A DNA stretch of 64,000 nucleotides from a virus (lineage: Duplodnaviria > Caudoviricetes). The notes below the pieces were generated by a model, which was given only the letters and a program-made list of their open reading frames with translations, did not search any database and had not been told where the DNA came from. The stretch is from the IMG/VR virus record IMGVR_UViG_3300011008_002712; one strand, written 5' to 3'. This document shows, piece by piece, positions 19,918 through 30,137 of this stretch; within the stretch, counting starts at the first letter, position 1; the number at the start of each line of letters is the position of its first letter. Position numbers and translations under genes: made by a program.

Positions 19918-20007
19918 GTTTCATAATATCAAAAGAAATTAAGAATTTTATCAATTCAATTTCAATATATAAAGAGACAACATAAAACAAAATTATATAA
20001 AACAATC

Positions 20008-20194
20008 TTTTGAAAACTTCTATTATATAGAAAATTAGATTTCAGAAAAATAGCTGAAAAATCTTATATTGGCTTAGTGTTTTTAGAATATATGGTAAAA
20101 TTCGATTTTTGAAGAACTTCTATTCCAGAAAAAATGTTTTTAAAATGCTATTACTCTAGAAGAATCTTATTTGCTTAATATTTTTAGAATATAT
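20008..20194. repeat. Degenerate ~100-bp tandem repeat (2 copies)
   Basis: TTTTGAA(G)AACTTCTATT at 20008 and 20107; AATCTTAT..GCTTA.T.TTTTTAGAATATAT at ~20060 and ~20163. Confidence 0.65.
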
Positions 20195-20289
20195 AGATAG
20201 CAAAACATACGGATTCTATTTTTTATTTATATGTAATTTAAAAACACAATTATTCGAAAATTTATTTTCTAAAAAAACCGTAAAAAAAT

Positions 20290-20365
20290 CTCGTGTAATG
20301 TGACCGGTTGGTCGACGTCTCCAGACGGTTTTTTCAATATAAGACGCTCTTCATGAACTGCACGC
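20290..20365. repeat. Conserved intergenic element, copy 2
   Basis: CTCGTGTAATGTGA-N23-GGTTTT-...-AACTGCACGC. Confidence 0.7.
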
Positions 20366-20905
20366 CGTATGTATACATGATGCTTTTCAACAAAGAATAT
20401 TTGATATCACGAATTCACATTTCTTGAGTATTTATACAGGCCTTACACATATATTCCAAAAACTATATAACGTGTTGTTCATATTTCACGCATATAATGA
20501 ATTTATGATAACATGCAATTTGTAAAAAATTATTTATATTCATAATTGGTAAAAATTGCTATTATGTATGTATTTTGTGGCAATAAACATTAAAAATGGC
20601 AATTATACAAAAAAGTATAGAAACTCATTTAGTTATTGACGTTCCGTATAGATAAACTAAGTAATTTTTTATGAGAAGTTTGTTTCTATAAATGGAAGTC
20701 TTATTCGCTGTTGTTTAACCTTATTCTTCAGTGCGTTTCTACACTGTCGTCGAATGTTTTTGTTATTGTTGTTTTGATGATTTATTGCCATCATATAATC
20801 CTCTTTGCCATATTTCTGGATAAACTTAATTTTATCATATTTTGAGATCAAAGAAAATATTTTAGGAGCATCTATTAAGATGTCTGCAGTATTTGTCCTA
20901 ATTAT

Positions 20906-20937
20906 ATTATAACACTTTGCTAATTACTTGTAAATAG
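20906..20937 (-). promoter_or_regulatory. Early-type promoter CTATTTACA-N17-TATAAT
   Basis: Leftmost canonical copy of the motif. Confidence 0.65.
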
Positions 20938-21197
20938 TTTTTTGATAATATTTTCACTATATTTGAAGTAATATATTATTTCAAATAGCAAATTAAGATA
21001 ACATAGATTTTTGAACATCTTATGCAAAAAACATAGACATCACATGAAATTATTATACAATCATTATGATGTCTATGTTTTTATTTGTTTGCGTTATTGA
21101 ATTTTAGAATTACTTAACATCTCGCACATAGAAAGGTAATTTCCAAAAAGAGCTTCCACAAAATAAATTCAGAAATTATTCTCTTCATTCTTTTTAA

Positions 21198-21671
21198 TCA
21201 TTTACAAGGAGGACATTCCATCAACGAATTCCATTCAGTTGTAAGATAATTTGCGATTTGTGATGCACAGCGTTCCACTACTTTTACCCACCAGTTTACA
21301 TCGCCGATATCATTGTTTATTCCAGAAAGTGCCAGATTGATATAAGCCATGGAAGAGAACTGTACACGACCGTTTTCCAAACTTAAGCCGTCGTTGTATT
21401 TGCAAAACGCATTTGTAATGGCCGTCCTAACCTTCAGCATCTCTTCCGTCATCTTTATGTGTTCAAAGGCCATCCCGAAACCTACAAGCTTTTCGACTTT
21501 TCTGCGTATTGTCTTCAATGAGCCAAGCGTAAATTCTACATTGTTTACCAAGCCTGTACGCTTAGTCACGTTCAGCGTCGCATCGATGACTTCAACCCCT
21601 GTAATCTTGCTATATTCGTCGATAACGTTCATAACATCCTTAAACTCAATTCCATTTGTCAGTTCAGCCAT
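21198..21671 (-). CDS. Hypothetical protein
   Basis: Behind promoter 21759..21790. Confidence 0.6.
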   Translation of the reverse strand: MAELTNGIEFKDVMNVIDEYSKITGVEVIDATLNVTKRTGLVNNVEFTLGSLKTIRRKVEKLVGFGMAFEHIKMTEEMLKVRTAITNAFCKYNDGLSLENGRVQFSSMAYINLALSGINNDIGDVNWWVKVVERCASQIANYLTTEWNSLMECPPCK

Positions 21672-21758
21672 TGTTCATCCATACTTTCAAGAAACAAATC
21701 ATTACCAAAGTTGTTTCTGAAATTGTTGAAATCAACATTTCAGTTATCCATTGATTTA

Positions 21759-21790
21759 ATTATAACATATTCTTGGCAAATTGTAAATAG
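21759..21790 (-). promoter_or_regulatory. Early-type promoter
   Basis: CTATTTACA-N17-TATAAT. Confidence 0.7.
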
Positions 21791-21883
21791 ATAAAGCAAA
21801 AAAACGAGAAAATATCTATTGGATATTTTCTCGTTTTTCCTATGCGAATGATATAAGAATGTACAGCTGCAAAATCTTCATTT

Positions 21884-22609
21884 TCATTTTGTTGGTTGGA
21901 TATGTAAAGCAATTACTCCTTTCAATGCTTTCTTCAGCATATAGTCATTGTAATTGATTACTGCATCGTAATAAGCATACTTTAATTTTTTCTCTTCTTC
22001 TGTTTCTTTTTCTCCTTCTATTCCTAAGCCCATAAACACATCTTCCGCTGGTATACTCTTATAACTACCAGATTCTATTTCTTCCATTGCATCATCCAGT
22101 TTTTTCTTCGTCCCTGCCAAGTCTTCTTGCTCAAATCCGAAAAACGATGCTTCATACAATACGTCAACCAATAAGTCTACAAGATGCATTTGCGTATACG
22201 CATCCTCCGAAATAAAAAACCCGGCTATCTCACCGTGCAAACAAAATTCATAGGCGTAATTATTTGCTTCAGTTCCTATCTTCTTCAAATCTTCAATATG
22301 AACAAGACCAAAATAGCTTTTTATTCCGTCTTCTACATTTTCATAAGCATACAGTATCGATGGTGTGTAAGTGGTTTCTATTTCAATCGTCGAAAGTTTT
22401 TCAATAAACTGGCGAATACGCATTCGCATAGCCATCAGCAACTCATACGCTGTTAATTCTTTCTCATTTTCCATTATGTTTATTACTGTTGTGTCTCGTT
22501 CCAAATATCCGTCTACTAATTCATCGATTGAAAACTTAGAAATTTTGTCAGAAGTTTTGTTATCCTCTTCTTTAAATGCTTCACTCAAATATTGCTGCAC
22601 TGTCTTCAC
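21884..22609 (-). CDS. Hypothetical acidic protein
   Basis: 241-aa ORF; LYEASFFGF motif. Confidence 0.6.
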   Translation of the reverse strand: MKTVQQYLSEAFKEEDNKTSDKISKFSIDELVDGYLERDTTVINIMENEKELTAYELLMAMRMRIRQFIEKLSTIEIETTYTPSILYAYENVEDGIKSYFGLVHIEDLKKIGTEANNYAYEFCLHGEIAGFFISEDAYTQMHLVDLLVDVLYEASFFGFEQEDLAGTKKKLDDAMEEIESGSYKSIPAEDVFMGLGIEGEKETEEEKKLKYAYYDAVINYNDYMLKKALKGVIALHIQPTK

Positions 22610-22646
22610 AATCTATCCACATCCTTTCTTACCACATTTTAATTAT

Positions 22647-22889
22647 TTAACGAACACCGAAAATAGCTTCTTCATCATCAATGATTTCCACCTGACCTTC
22701 AAGCAACGACATAAGTAACGTATCATCGTCAAACCACGTCACTTCATTATCGCGAAAGAAGGCATACCATAGGCCGTTTTCTTCAATCTTTACCATGATA
22801 GGATTTTTCGATTTCAGATATTTGATGTAAAACGATTCGCCCAACTTTTTGCCGAATAATGCGGCTAACAAATGGGTGGTGTTTGACAT
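22647..22889 (-). CDS. Small phage protein, paralog of 27933..28124
   Basis: LAALFGKKLGESF...LLEGQVEII versus IAALFDKQLGEMF...LLIGEAKIV. Confidence 0.6.
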   Translation of the reverse strand: MSNTTHLLAALFGKKLGESFYIKYLKSKNPIMVKIEENGLWYAFFRDNEVTWFDDDTLLMSLLEGQVEIIDDEEAIFGVR

Positions 22890-23217
22890 AAAGCAACATA
22901 TTATTATAAGATGGGATATTATAATTAGATTGAATAATTTTTGAAATTTTTTTATCTTTTCCGGCGCAAATACTATCTTTATCAACAATTGCTGCGTTAT
23001 TTATTATAACACCATATGCAATAACATTAGCTCCCGACTCCTTAGCTTCTTTTAGAAATATTTCTTTCTTTTTTTTGCGTGTAGATATAGTTTGTATGCG
23101 ATCATTCACCACAAGAAACTCATTATCAAATCCATGCTGAGGGAAGTTTGATTGCTTCACCTCAATAACATCTCCAATAGCAGCATATCTTTTGACAACC
23201 TCTGAGATTGTTCACAT
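22783..23217 (-). pseudogene. Probably disrupted gene (ATG-TGA at start)
   Basis: Promoter and GAGGTG RBS point to ATG 23217, followed immediately by an in-frame TGA; the frame then continues into ORF 22783..23160. Confidence 0.4.
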
Positions 23218-23236
23218 GTTTTCACCTCTTTGTTCT

Positions 23237-23268
23237 ATTATATTACATTTTCATTAAAAAGTAAATAG
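23237..23268 (-). promoter_or_regulatory. Early-type promoter
   Basis: CTATTTACT-N17-TATAAT. Confidence 0.65.
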
Positions 23269-23431
23269 CTAAAGAAAAACTTTAGCTATTGTAGTTTGTA
23301 TTCTGCAACGATGATAAGATTGTTTTTTGTTGTAATTGACAAGACTAGATATCTTATTGAATATTTACATTCATATTCATTCATCCCATATGTTATTCCC
23401 TTATCTCTTGACTTTGCATGTTTTTATTCTC

Positions 23432-23938
23432 CTATTCATTTGTATATAATTTTATTTTATACCAAGACACTCTTTTATCACTCATATTGCCATGTTCATC
23501 TGGCAGTATTGCACAAGCAGATACTGGAAAATCCCATGCTTTATTACTCCTTAGATTCCATTCTGTGGAGTTAATGCCATTAATCACATTAGACTTTTCT
23601 TTTTCTGTGTCTTTGCATTCAATAAAAAATTTATAATGCATATCATCAATTTTTTCTAATCTCATGCCAAGTTTGTTAGATGGAACAAAAATTTGATCAA
23701 CTTCTGGAATTCCAGGATTATCTTCTTTCCTGCCAGAGTATAGCATTGCATCTTTATTACTTATGTTAGCAAAACGACAACATTCGCCTTTTTTGAAATA
23801 AAAATAAAGCTTCATATTCCAAGTTTTTGCCATGTCATAAAACATTTTGCTTGACTCAATCATTGTTTTTGCTGATTCATTAAGACTGTGTTTAATAGCC
23901 ACTTCTTCCGGCGTTCCTTTTTTCATGGTTTTGTCCAT
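23432..23938 (-). CDS. Hypothetical protein
   Basis: 168-aa ORF. Confidence 0.55.
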   Translation of the reverse strand: MDKTMKKGTPEEVAIKHSLNESAKTMIESSKMFYDMAKTWNMKLYFYFKKGECCRFANISNKDAMLYSGRKEDNPGIPEVDQIFVPSNKLGMRLEKIDDMHYKFFIECKDTEKEKSNVINGINSTEWNLRSNKAWDFPVSACAILPDEHGNMSDKRVSWYKIKLYTNE

Positions 23939-24123
23939 TTTATTGCAGATTCAATTATGCTTTGATAACAGTTGTACATATCCGCTTGTGATGAGAATTT
24001 ATATTGATAAATTTCATTTTTTCGTTCAACAACAATTGTCGAGTTGTTCTTGATAGTACGAAATGCAATGCAATCCGCGAAGCAAACATCATCACCATTT
24101 GGAGTTGTAAAATTAATAATCAT
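23923..24123 (-). CDS. Hypothetical protein
   Basis: AAGGA RBS. Confidence 0.5.
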   Translation of the reverse strand: MIINFTTPNGDDVCFADCIAFRTIKNNSTIVVERKNEIYQYKFSSQADMYNCYQSIIESAIKWTKP

Positions 24124-24140
24124 TTTTCATCTTCCTTTCT

Positions 24141-24659
24141 TTACCTTGCATGACAAATGAGATTAACATCAAGAATCTGGTCTACTTCTGCTAAATCAAC
24201 TGAAAATGGATGAAACCTGCGTTTATAATCAACAGACAAGGTACTAAACCCTGTCTTACCCTTCGCCGTTGCGACAAACATGTTTTCAATAATATTATCA
24301 TTATCTTTCAAAAAATGTGAAATCCTTACTAAGTAGAACCCACGCTTTAGATAAATACTCGCTAAAATATTAGCAACAACTTTCCAATTTTTGCGAACAG
24401 TTTCTATGTCTCGGGGTATTGAAACGATAGCATTACTAATGATGCTTCCACAAGATATGCTTATTCCATGAAGATCAAAAGAGTCCTCATTATCTGAAAT
24501 AATTATATCTCGGTTATTCCCATCAAGTAAAGTAAGATCAATAATTGATGGCACATTCCCTAAGGAAATCTTTTTTAGTACTTCTTCCGTTGCTTTCGCC
24601 GGTGTATATCGGAAATTACTAGCATTTTCGACAGATATGACTTGTGATTCACTATGCAT
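24141..24659 (-). CDS. Hypothetical protein
   Basis: AAAGGA RBS. Confidence 0.55.
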   Translation of the reverse strand: MHSESQVISVENASNFRYTPAKATEEVLKKISLGNVPSIIDLTLLDGNNRDIIISDNEDSFDLHGISISCGSIISNAIVSIPRDIETVRKNWKVVANILASIYLKRGFYLVRISHFLKDNDNIIENMFVATAKGKTGFSTLSVDYKRRFHPFSVDLAEVDQILDVNLICHAR

Positions 24660-24810
24660 TAAACATTATCCTTTCACATAAGTAATTAAGCTTCCGTAAC
24701 ATCGTTTATCTTGTCTAAATCAAATTTATACAAAACGAAGAGAAAATAAACGGCTAGAAACAATTTTTATTTCCAACTGTTAAGATTAAATTTAACTAAT
24801 GAGCTATGTA

Positions 24811-25296
24811 TTATTTCTCATCTAATGCAAGAATATTTTGGAATACACTTAACGCAGAATAATCTTCCAAAGCTTTTGATTTCCTGATACTATCTAGCAT
24901 TAACCTCTGAACAGGATATTTCTTTTCATCACCATAGCAGTCATAGAAAATATCTTCATCACCATAATAGCCCAATATATCATTCTCTACTAGATAATCA
25001 TAATCCCTGACAAAAATTTCGAATCCGAATTTCTTCAAAACATCAATCGCATCATCCAAACCAATGCCTGAAAACAAGTCCTCCGGCTTTTCCCTGTCAC
25101 CAAGACTTACGATGCTGTAATTGTCTGCCAGTTTCTTAACTTCAGCAATCTTGTACTTTCCCTCAAAATCGAGAATTCTGTCCGAAATGATGATTTTACA
25201 CTCATTGTCGTTTCCAATAAAGGATTCCCTATCATGCTTCTTATCCCATGAACTGCGAAACCAATAAGACTGACCTGCTTCAATCCTGTTTCTCAT
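24811..25296 (-). CDS. Hypothetical protein
   Basis: AAGGAG RBS behind promoter. Confidence 0.6.
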   Translation of the reverse strand: MRNRIEAGQSYWFRSSWDKKHDRESFIGNDNECKIIISDRILDFEGKYKIAEVKKLADNYSIVSLGDREKPEDLFSGIGLDDAIDVLKKFGFEIFVRDYDYLVENDILGYYGDEDIFYDCYGDEKKYPVQRLMLDSIRKSKALEDYSALSVFQNILALDEK

Positions 25297-25348
25297 TTTG
25301 TTTCTCCTTTACTATTTTATGAAATTATCAACTCTTTTCTTATTAATA

Positions 25349-25380
25349 ATTATACAACAAAACAACAAAAATGTAAATAG
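25349..25380 (-). promoter_or_regulatory. Early-type promoter
   Basis: CTATTTACA-N17-TATAAT. Confidence 0.7.
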
Positions 25381-25413
25381 TTAAATAAAAATTTGTTTAA
25401 CAAATTCTTCGAA

Positions 25414-25638
25414 TCAAGTTTTCTTCACAGTTGCAATAGAATTAATAAGTTCAAGAAATTTCTCGAAACCACTACCCTCAGCAACCTCAACTGTCCAGAC
25501 AGAGTTCTCGCCGTCAGACTCTGAATAACCCTCATTGGCGTACTCATTAAGAAAATCACGCACCACAGGATTTTTCTCTGCCAAGGTTTGCATTTCTGAT
25601 TCTTTGTAGGAAATACTGTAAGTCACAAACTTTTTCAT
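25414..25638 (-). CDS. Hypothetical protein
   Basis: AAGGAG RBS. Confidence 0.6.
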   Translation of the reverse strand: MKKFVTYSISYKESEMQTLAEKNPVVRDFLNEYANEGYSESDGENSVWTVEVAEGSGFEKFLELINSIATVKKT

Positions 25639-25653
25639 TTTACATTTCTCCTT

Positions 25654-27003
25654 TCAAGCCCTGACATTCCAGATTCGTTCATAGATCGGAACAAACTTTT
25701 CTTTCAGTTCTTCGAATCTCAGATAAAGAGTATCTTCCTTCCCATCATTCTTGAATTTCCGAACGTTTTCGTTATAGAAAGAAGATGTGTAATAGAGATA
25801 CTGATAATAAAACATGAAGAATTCCATTTTCTTTCGAACAACAGGATTCTTTACGAGGAACGCCGACTTGGAATCATAGTCCTTGTAATCTTCAGGAGAA
25901 ACAAAAGCATAATATTCATCCCAGAGTTTTGTTCCTCTAAAAGGCATCAGGAAATTTCCACAAACCATTTCAGGTTGTAATTCTTGGAATCTATCTATCA
26001 GTCTTCTGTAGAAATCAATTCCTTTTTCTTTGCCAATGATTTTTAGAGGATTCACGATGAATGAAAGATAAGTAAATATTCCATACTTCTTCAAAAGCTT
26101 TACGGCTTCACTCAATTTCTTATTCTTAGAATAATCAACAGTAATATCTTCCAATCCAAGACAAACCATATAAACATTATTTTCTTTGAAATATTTAACC
26201 ATGTCTTCGTTTAGAAGATTTGCTGAAGCAAAAAGATAAATTCTTGCTCCTGTTCGATTTATGATGGATAGTCGTTCTTTCCAATCTTTCTGGAGAGGGA
26301 AATTCTCATCCCTGATAAAAAGATAGACATTTTCACCTTTGTCCAATCTTTCTTTTGCTTCTTCTTTCAGAATCTCAACTTCTTTCTCTATAAGAGAGAT
26401 CGGTTTGGATTCCAAAGATAAACACATTAATGGAGAGCAACAAAAATCACACCTCATAGGACAACTCTGCGAAGTGTTGATAGATATTGCCAATTCATGC
26501 GGAAGTTTCTCAGGGATAATCTGTTGATTAAAAGAAGCATCGTACAAATCATACCGAGGAACATTTCGGTAATTCGTGATTCCTTTTACAACTTGACCTT
26601 CCTGCTGAATGGTAGAAAAGAAATCATCGCAAGTCCCGACTATGATTTTCTCAGCATACATTTCGAAATCTTCTGGGAAAGTTGTAGGATGATAACCACC
26701 AACTATGATTTTCTTTCTGTCATGTTTTGAAGCCCAGGATTTGAATTCATCGTATCCTGAGATGTAGACAGCACAGGCGTAATACATCACGTCGCCGTCA
26801 TTGAAATCAATGTTATGCAGTGAATATTCCACATTATCTCCTTGCGGAAGAACAGTCAGGAGAGAAGGTTCTAATCCCAGATTTCCCTGCTGTTCTGGGA
26901 ACGACAACCCAATAATACGATTTTTCTTTCTTTTTGGTAGAATGTCTTCAAAAACAACTTCTTTCCAAGTTTTTATCATTGCATTACCAACCCTATCTTG
27001 CAA
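25654..27003 (-). CDS. Cobalamin-binding (class B-like) radical SAM protein
   Basis: IIVGGYHPTTFPE B12-domain-like segment; CPMRCDFC; DENF; GLE; PFRGTKLW. Confidence 0.75.
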   Translation of the reverse strand: MQDRVGNAMIKTWKEVVFEDILPKRKKNRIIGLSFPEQQGNLGLEPSLLTVLPQGDNVEYSLHNIDFNDGDVMYYACAVYISGYDEFKSWASKHDRKKIIVGGYHPTTFPEDFEMYAEKIIVGTCDDFFSTIQQEGQVVKGITNYRNVPRYDLYDASFNQQIIPEKLPHELAISINTSQSCPMRCDFCCSPLMCLSLESKPISLIEKEVEILKEEAKERLDKGENVYLFIRDENFPLQKDWKERLSIINRTGARIYLFASANLLNEDMVKYFKENNVYMVCLGLEDITVDYSKNKKLSEAVKLLKKYGIFTYLSFIVNPLKIIGKEKGIDFYRRLIDRFQELQPEMVCGNFLMPFRGTKLWDEYYAFVSPEDYKDYDSKSAFLVKNPVVRKKMEFFMFYYQYLYYTSSFYNENVRKFKNDGKEDTLYLRFEELKEKFVPIYERIWNVRA

Positions 27004-27031
27004 ATATTTTAAAATACTAATTTTTCAATTT

Positions 27032-27259
27032 TTATGCTCTGAACGATGAAGTATCGACAACTGGCAAAAATGTATCAGACATAATCAGAGCCGTGGTGTG
27101 GTTCTCGTAATAAGTTGACGTTGCTGGCATAGCAGTTGAAAACATAGGTTTTCTCGGTGCTCTGTATTCATATTCAAATTCTTCTTGTTTTTGCTTAAGC
27201 ATCTTTTCTTTTTCTTTTTTCTTTTGACGCCTACGCTTCATATTTCTGGAAAAGCTCAT
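27032..27259 (-). CDS. Small basic hypothetical protein
   Basis: K/R-rich N-terminus. Confidence 0.5.
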   Translation of the reverse strand: MSFSRNMKRRRQKKKEKEKMLKQKQEEFEYEYRAPRKPMFSTAMPATSTYYENHTTALIMSDTFLPVVDTSSFRA

Positions 27260-27265
27260 AAGCCG

Positions 27266-27478
27266 TTATCCTTCATTCTCTTTACTTATCTTGATATTAT
27301 TGTCCTTTAACATACCTATTGCTATCCATAGAGCAACTTTACATTCTTCGACGTCTTTTTCTTCAAAAAGGCCGCCGCAAACTGCAAGAAGACCGTCGTT
27401 GTAAGCATTGGCCAATATATTAGCAATTTGTTTTGAATCGCAACTCTTGAGTCTGTTAAAAGTGTCTGTCATTCGCAT
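27266..27478 (-). CDS. Hypothetical protein
   Basis: GGGAG RBS. Confidence 0.55.
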   Translation of the reverse strand: MRMTDTFNRLKSCDSKQIANILANAYNDGLLAVCGGLFEEKDVEECKVALWIAIGMLKDNNIKISKENEG

Positions 27479-27678
27479 TTGCGATCACTCCCATACCACC
27501 TTTCTTCACTAGCAAAATTACTTAATAAATGTTAGCGCTCCACATCCATTGTTGATATTGCCCATGCCAATACCAATCTTTGTATTGCTGCTCTTCTATT
27601 AATTCTTCATATCGCTCCATGACTAATTTAAGTCGCTTAATTAATCGCCACCGTTTCATCTTGATTAAAATTCCCTCC

Positions 27679-27927
27679 TTATTTTGACATTATTCTCTGC
27701 ATTTCTGTTATTGCAAGATTATAACCAGATTCGTATACATCACTATATTCTGGATCATATTTCATACCTTCAAGATCTATTTCCACTAGTGGACAATCTT
27801 TGTGACGTTCTATGCATGTATTGTCAAGCAATGCACCAGTTATTTGGCATTTATTTTGATATTGAAACCGGCAATTGTTGCAGCTATTTGGCATATTAAA
27901 ATGCTTAATAGCAATCACTTCTCCCAC
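27679..27927 (-). CDS. Small Cys-rich phage protein
   Basis: MPNSCNNC..C...RHKDCPLVEI. Confidence 0.6.
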   Translation of the reverse strand: MGEVIAIKHFNMPNSCNNCRFQYQNKCQITGALLDNTCIERHKDCPLVEIDLEGMKYDPEYSDVYESGYNLAITEMQRIMSK

Positions 27928-27932
27928 TCCTT

Positions 27933-28124
27933 TTATACTATTTTAGCTTCTCCAATAAGTAGATACTTGAAAATCCTATCGCATGTATTCCAACTTTGTC
28001 CTCGCAAATGTAATCCTCTTGGCCAGAAATCTGCAGTATATATCGTATTTTCGTGTTTGACTTGAAACATCTCTCCAAGCTGCTTATCAAAAAGAGCAGC
28101 AATGATAGTCATTTTGTTTTCCAT
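27933..28124 (-). CDS. Small phage protein, paralog of 22647..22889
   Basis: GGAGG RBS; shared motif. Confidence 0.6.
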   Translation of the reverse strand: MENKMTIIAALFDKQLGEMFQVKHENTIYTADFWPRGLHLRGQSWNTCDRIFKYLLIGEAKIV

Positions 28125-28156
28125 TGTAAATCCCTCCGTATCAAAATCTTTTTTTT

Positions 28157-28188
28157 ATTATATCATTTTCTCATTTGTTTGTAAATAG
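28157..28188 (-). promoter_or_regulatory. Early-type promoter
   Basis: CTATTTACA-N17-TATAAT. Confidence 0.7.
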
Positions 28189-28202
28189 ATTTTATGCATT
28201 TT

Positions 28203-28514
28203 TTATAATCCCTCATAAAAAATGCATTTTTCTTTGTATTCTCTGAAATATTTTTTATACATTCGATACAGCTTTACTTTTTTTATTTCTTCAAGTTTGT
28301 ATCTTCTTAGAAGCTTAAAATAATTTCTAATTGATGATTCAATGATCTCTTTGTTTGAATAAATCTCAATAGTATCTCTTTTTAAGATCAACGTTATTCT
28401 ATTAAACATTTTTATGTAAGAAGCATATAACATTTTATAATTTCCATCTGGCAAGATACTAACGATAATATCATTTTCAGATAGATTGGGATTTTTTTTC
28501 TTTCGTTTTCTCAT
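28203..28514 (-). CDS. Basic hypothetical protein
   Basis: ORF with AAGGA RBS. Confidence 0.5.
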   Translation of the reverse strand: MRKRKKKNPNLSENDIIVSILPDGNYKMLYASYIKMFNRITLILKRDTIEIYSNKEIIESSIRNYFKLLRRYKLEEIKKVKLYRMYKKYFREYKEKCIFYEGL

Positions 28515-28655
28515 AGTTATCCTTTACGAAATTCTTAGAGAAGTTTTTTGCATATCTCACGCCTTCTCATGTCACTGTCAATGATAAATTTAGATCATCG
28601 AATATAAATATATACAAAAATAACCGATGATATGACTCACCGGTTATTTTGTGAT

Positions 28656-29183
28656 TTAAAGTTTCTTAATTTCTTCTACATGCTTGACGATAAAATTAAA
28701 TATATTCATATCATCATTGTTCAAGTGCTTTTTATTTTTTGAAACAAGCTGATAGACTTTGGCCTCCAGGTCCGTCATGCATGTCTGTGCGTTGTTTTCT
28801 GCATTGAGGAATTCCCAGCCATTGATGAACTTCCAACCGGTGCCATCAAACATTGAGTCACTTGGGAGAAGAAAACCACCGCCAAAATTCTGAAGTATTT
28901 CTGTTAGAATCTTAACAGAATTTCCCCAATATCCCAAGCTCAGAGAAACGGATGTTCCTTTGACAGGTTTGACAGGATATGTATTGTCTTCATCTTCCCA
29001 ATCTATGAGATGAACGAACAATGCCCTATTATCTTCTCCATCTTTGAAGTAAGCCACATAGAATATATAGCCGCAAGTCTCATTAGATTTAACATTTACG
29101 TTTTTGTATTTGGACTCAATGTATTTGGTAAGTTGAATGATATTGATGCCTTGTTTCATAAATGCTTTGGAATCTACACCCAC
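28656..29183 (-). CDS. Hypothetical protein
   Basis: AAGGAG RBS; SLSLGYWGNS..IL..I...FGGG motif. Confidence 0.6.
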   Translation of the reverse strand: MGVDSKAFMKQGINIIQLTKYIESKYKNVNVKSNETCGYIFYVAYFKDGEDNRALFVHLIDWEDEDNTYPVKPVKGTSVSLSLGYWGNSVKILTEILQNFGGGFLLPSDSMFDGTGWKFINGWEFLNAENNAQTCMTDLEAKVYQLVSKNKKHLNNDDMNIFNFIVKHVEEIKKL

Positions 29184-29198
29184 GGAAATTCTCTCCTT

Positions 29199-29627
29199 TC
29201 AAATATTGTCAAGCAAATACTCAAATCTTTTCTTTCCTTCATCAGACTGATTATAGCCCATTACGATATCATAATCATTTATAACAGATTTGGGATAATT
29301 AGCATTTCCATCGACTAATATCAAATCAGTGTTTGGACGGAACTTAACACGACGTTGGAATTCCTCTTCAGACCAACCATTTTCTACCACATAATGGAAA
29401 TGTAGCAGATTCATAAAAATTAATTTTTCTACTGAAGGCCGAAAAAGCAATTTATAAAATTCTCTTTCACGCTTTTTACCGAATGGATCCCATTCATCAT
29501 ACCAGTTGCGAAATTTATCAATCATGCCATAAATTTTATTAAAAAATTTTTCCAACTGTTGTTTAGCAGATAATTTTGTTTCTTTTATCCAATTTTTCAT
29601 AAACTTTACTCTTCTCGTTTTATGCAT
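29199..29627 (-). CDS. Hypothetical protein
   Basis: ORF in operon. Confidence 0.55.
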   Translation of the reverse strand: MHKTRRVKFMKNWIKETKLSAKQQLEKFFNKIYGMIDKFRNWYDEWDPFGKKREREFYKLLFRPSVEKLIFMNLLHFHYVVENGWSEEEFQRRVKFRPNTDLILVDGNANYPKSVINDYDIVMGYNQSDEGKKRFEYLLDNI

Positions 29628-29875
29628 AATCTTTTGTTATGACCAGCTTCTTTCAATGGTCCATGCGGAGCTTTTGAATTAGCAGTTTTCAAAGCTTCTT
29701 GAAAATTCTCTTCAGTGGTAGCATCTACATCTTTGTACAAAGTACTATGATCACACCAATGTACTGTCCAACCATGAGGACCAGCGTCAATATCAACAGG
29801 ACTACCATCTGTTTCTACAAAATGGCCTTTCTTTTCAATCTCTTTACTTGGCATCATACCAAAAAATCTATTCAT
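29606..29875 (-). CDS. Hypothetical protein
   Basis: FFGMMP...IDAGPHGWT motif; AAGGA RBS. Confidence 0.6.
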   Translation of the reverse strand: MNRFFGMMPSKEIEKKGHFVETDGSPVDIDAGPHGWTVHWCDHSTLYKDVDATTEENFQEALKTANSKAPHGPLKEAGHNKRLCIKREE

Positions 29876-29900
29876 AATTAAACATCCTTTAATCGTTGAA

Positions 29901-30137
29901 TCAGTCTTCGTTTTTATTTACAGCCTTTTCAGCTTCCATCTTAGAATTAAAGATGATCGCTGAGTGAAGTACTGCCTGTACATGCTGAAGATGTTTTTCG
30001 GCATCGTTAAACATTGTCTTTGCTTCTGTTTCCAGCATCTTGAGATCCTCGATATCCATGAGTCCATTTTCCAAAAATTTCGGTGTAATCTTAGCCATAT
30101 GCAAGTCTCCTCTCTTATATAACTGAAAAAAGTACAC
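29901..30137 (-). CDS. Hypothetical protein
   Basis: Likely start MAKITP behind GAGGAG. Confidence 0.5.
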   Translation of the reverse strand: MYFFQLYKRGDLHMAKITPKFLENGLMDIEDLKMLETEAKTMFNDAEKHLQHVQAVLHSAIIFNSKMEAEKAVNKNED

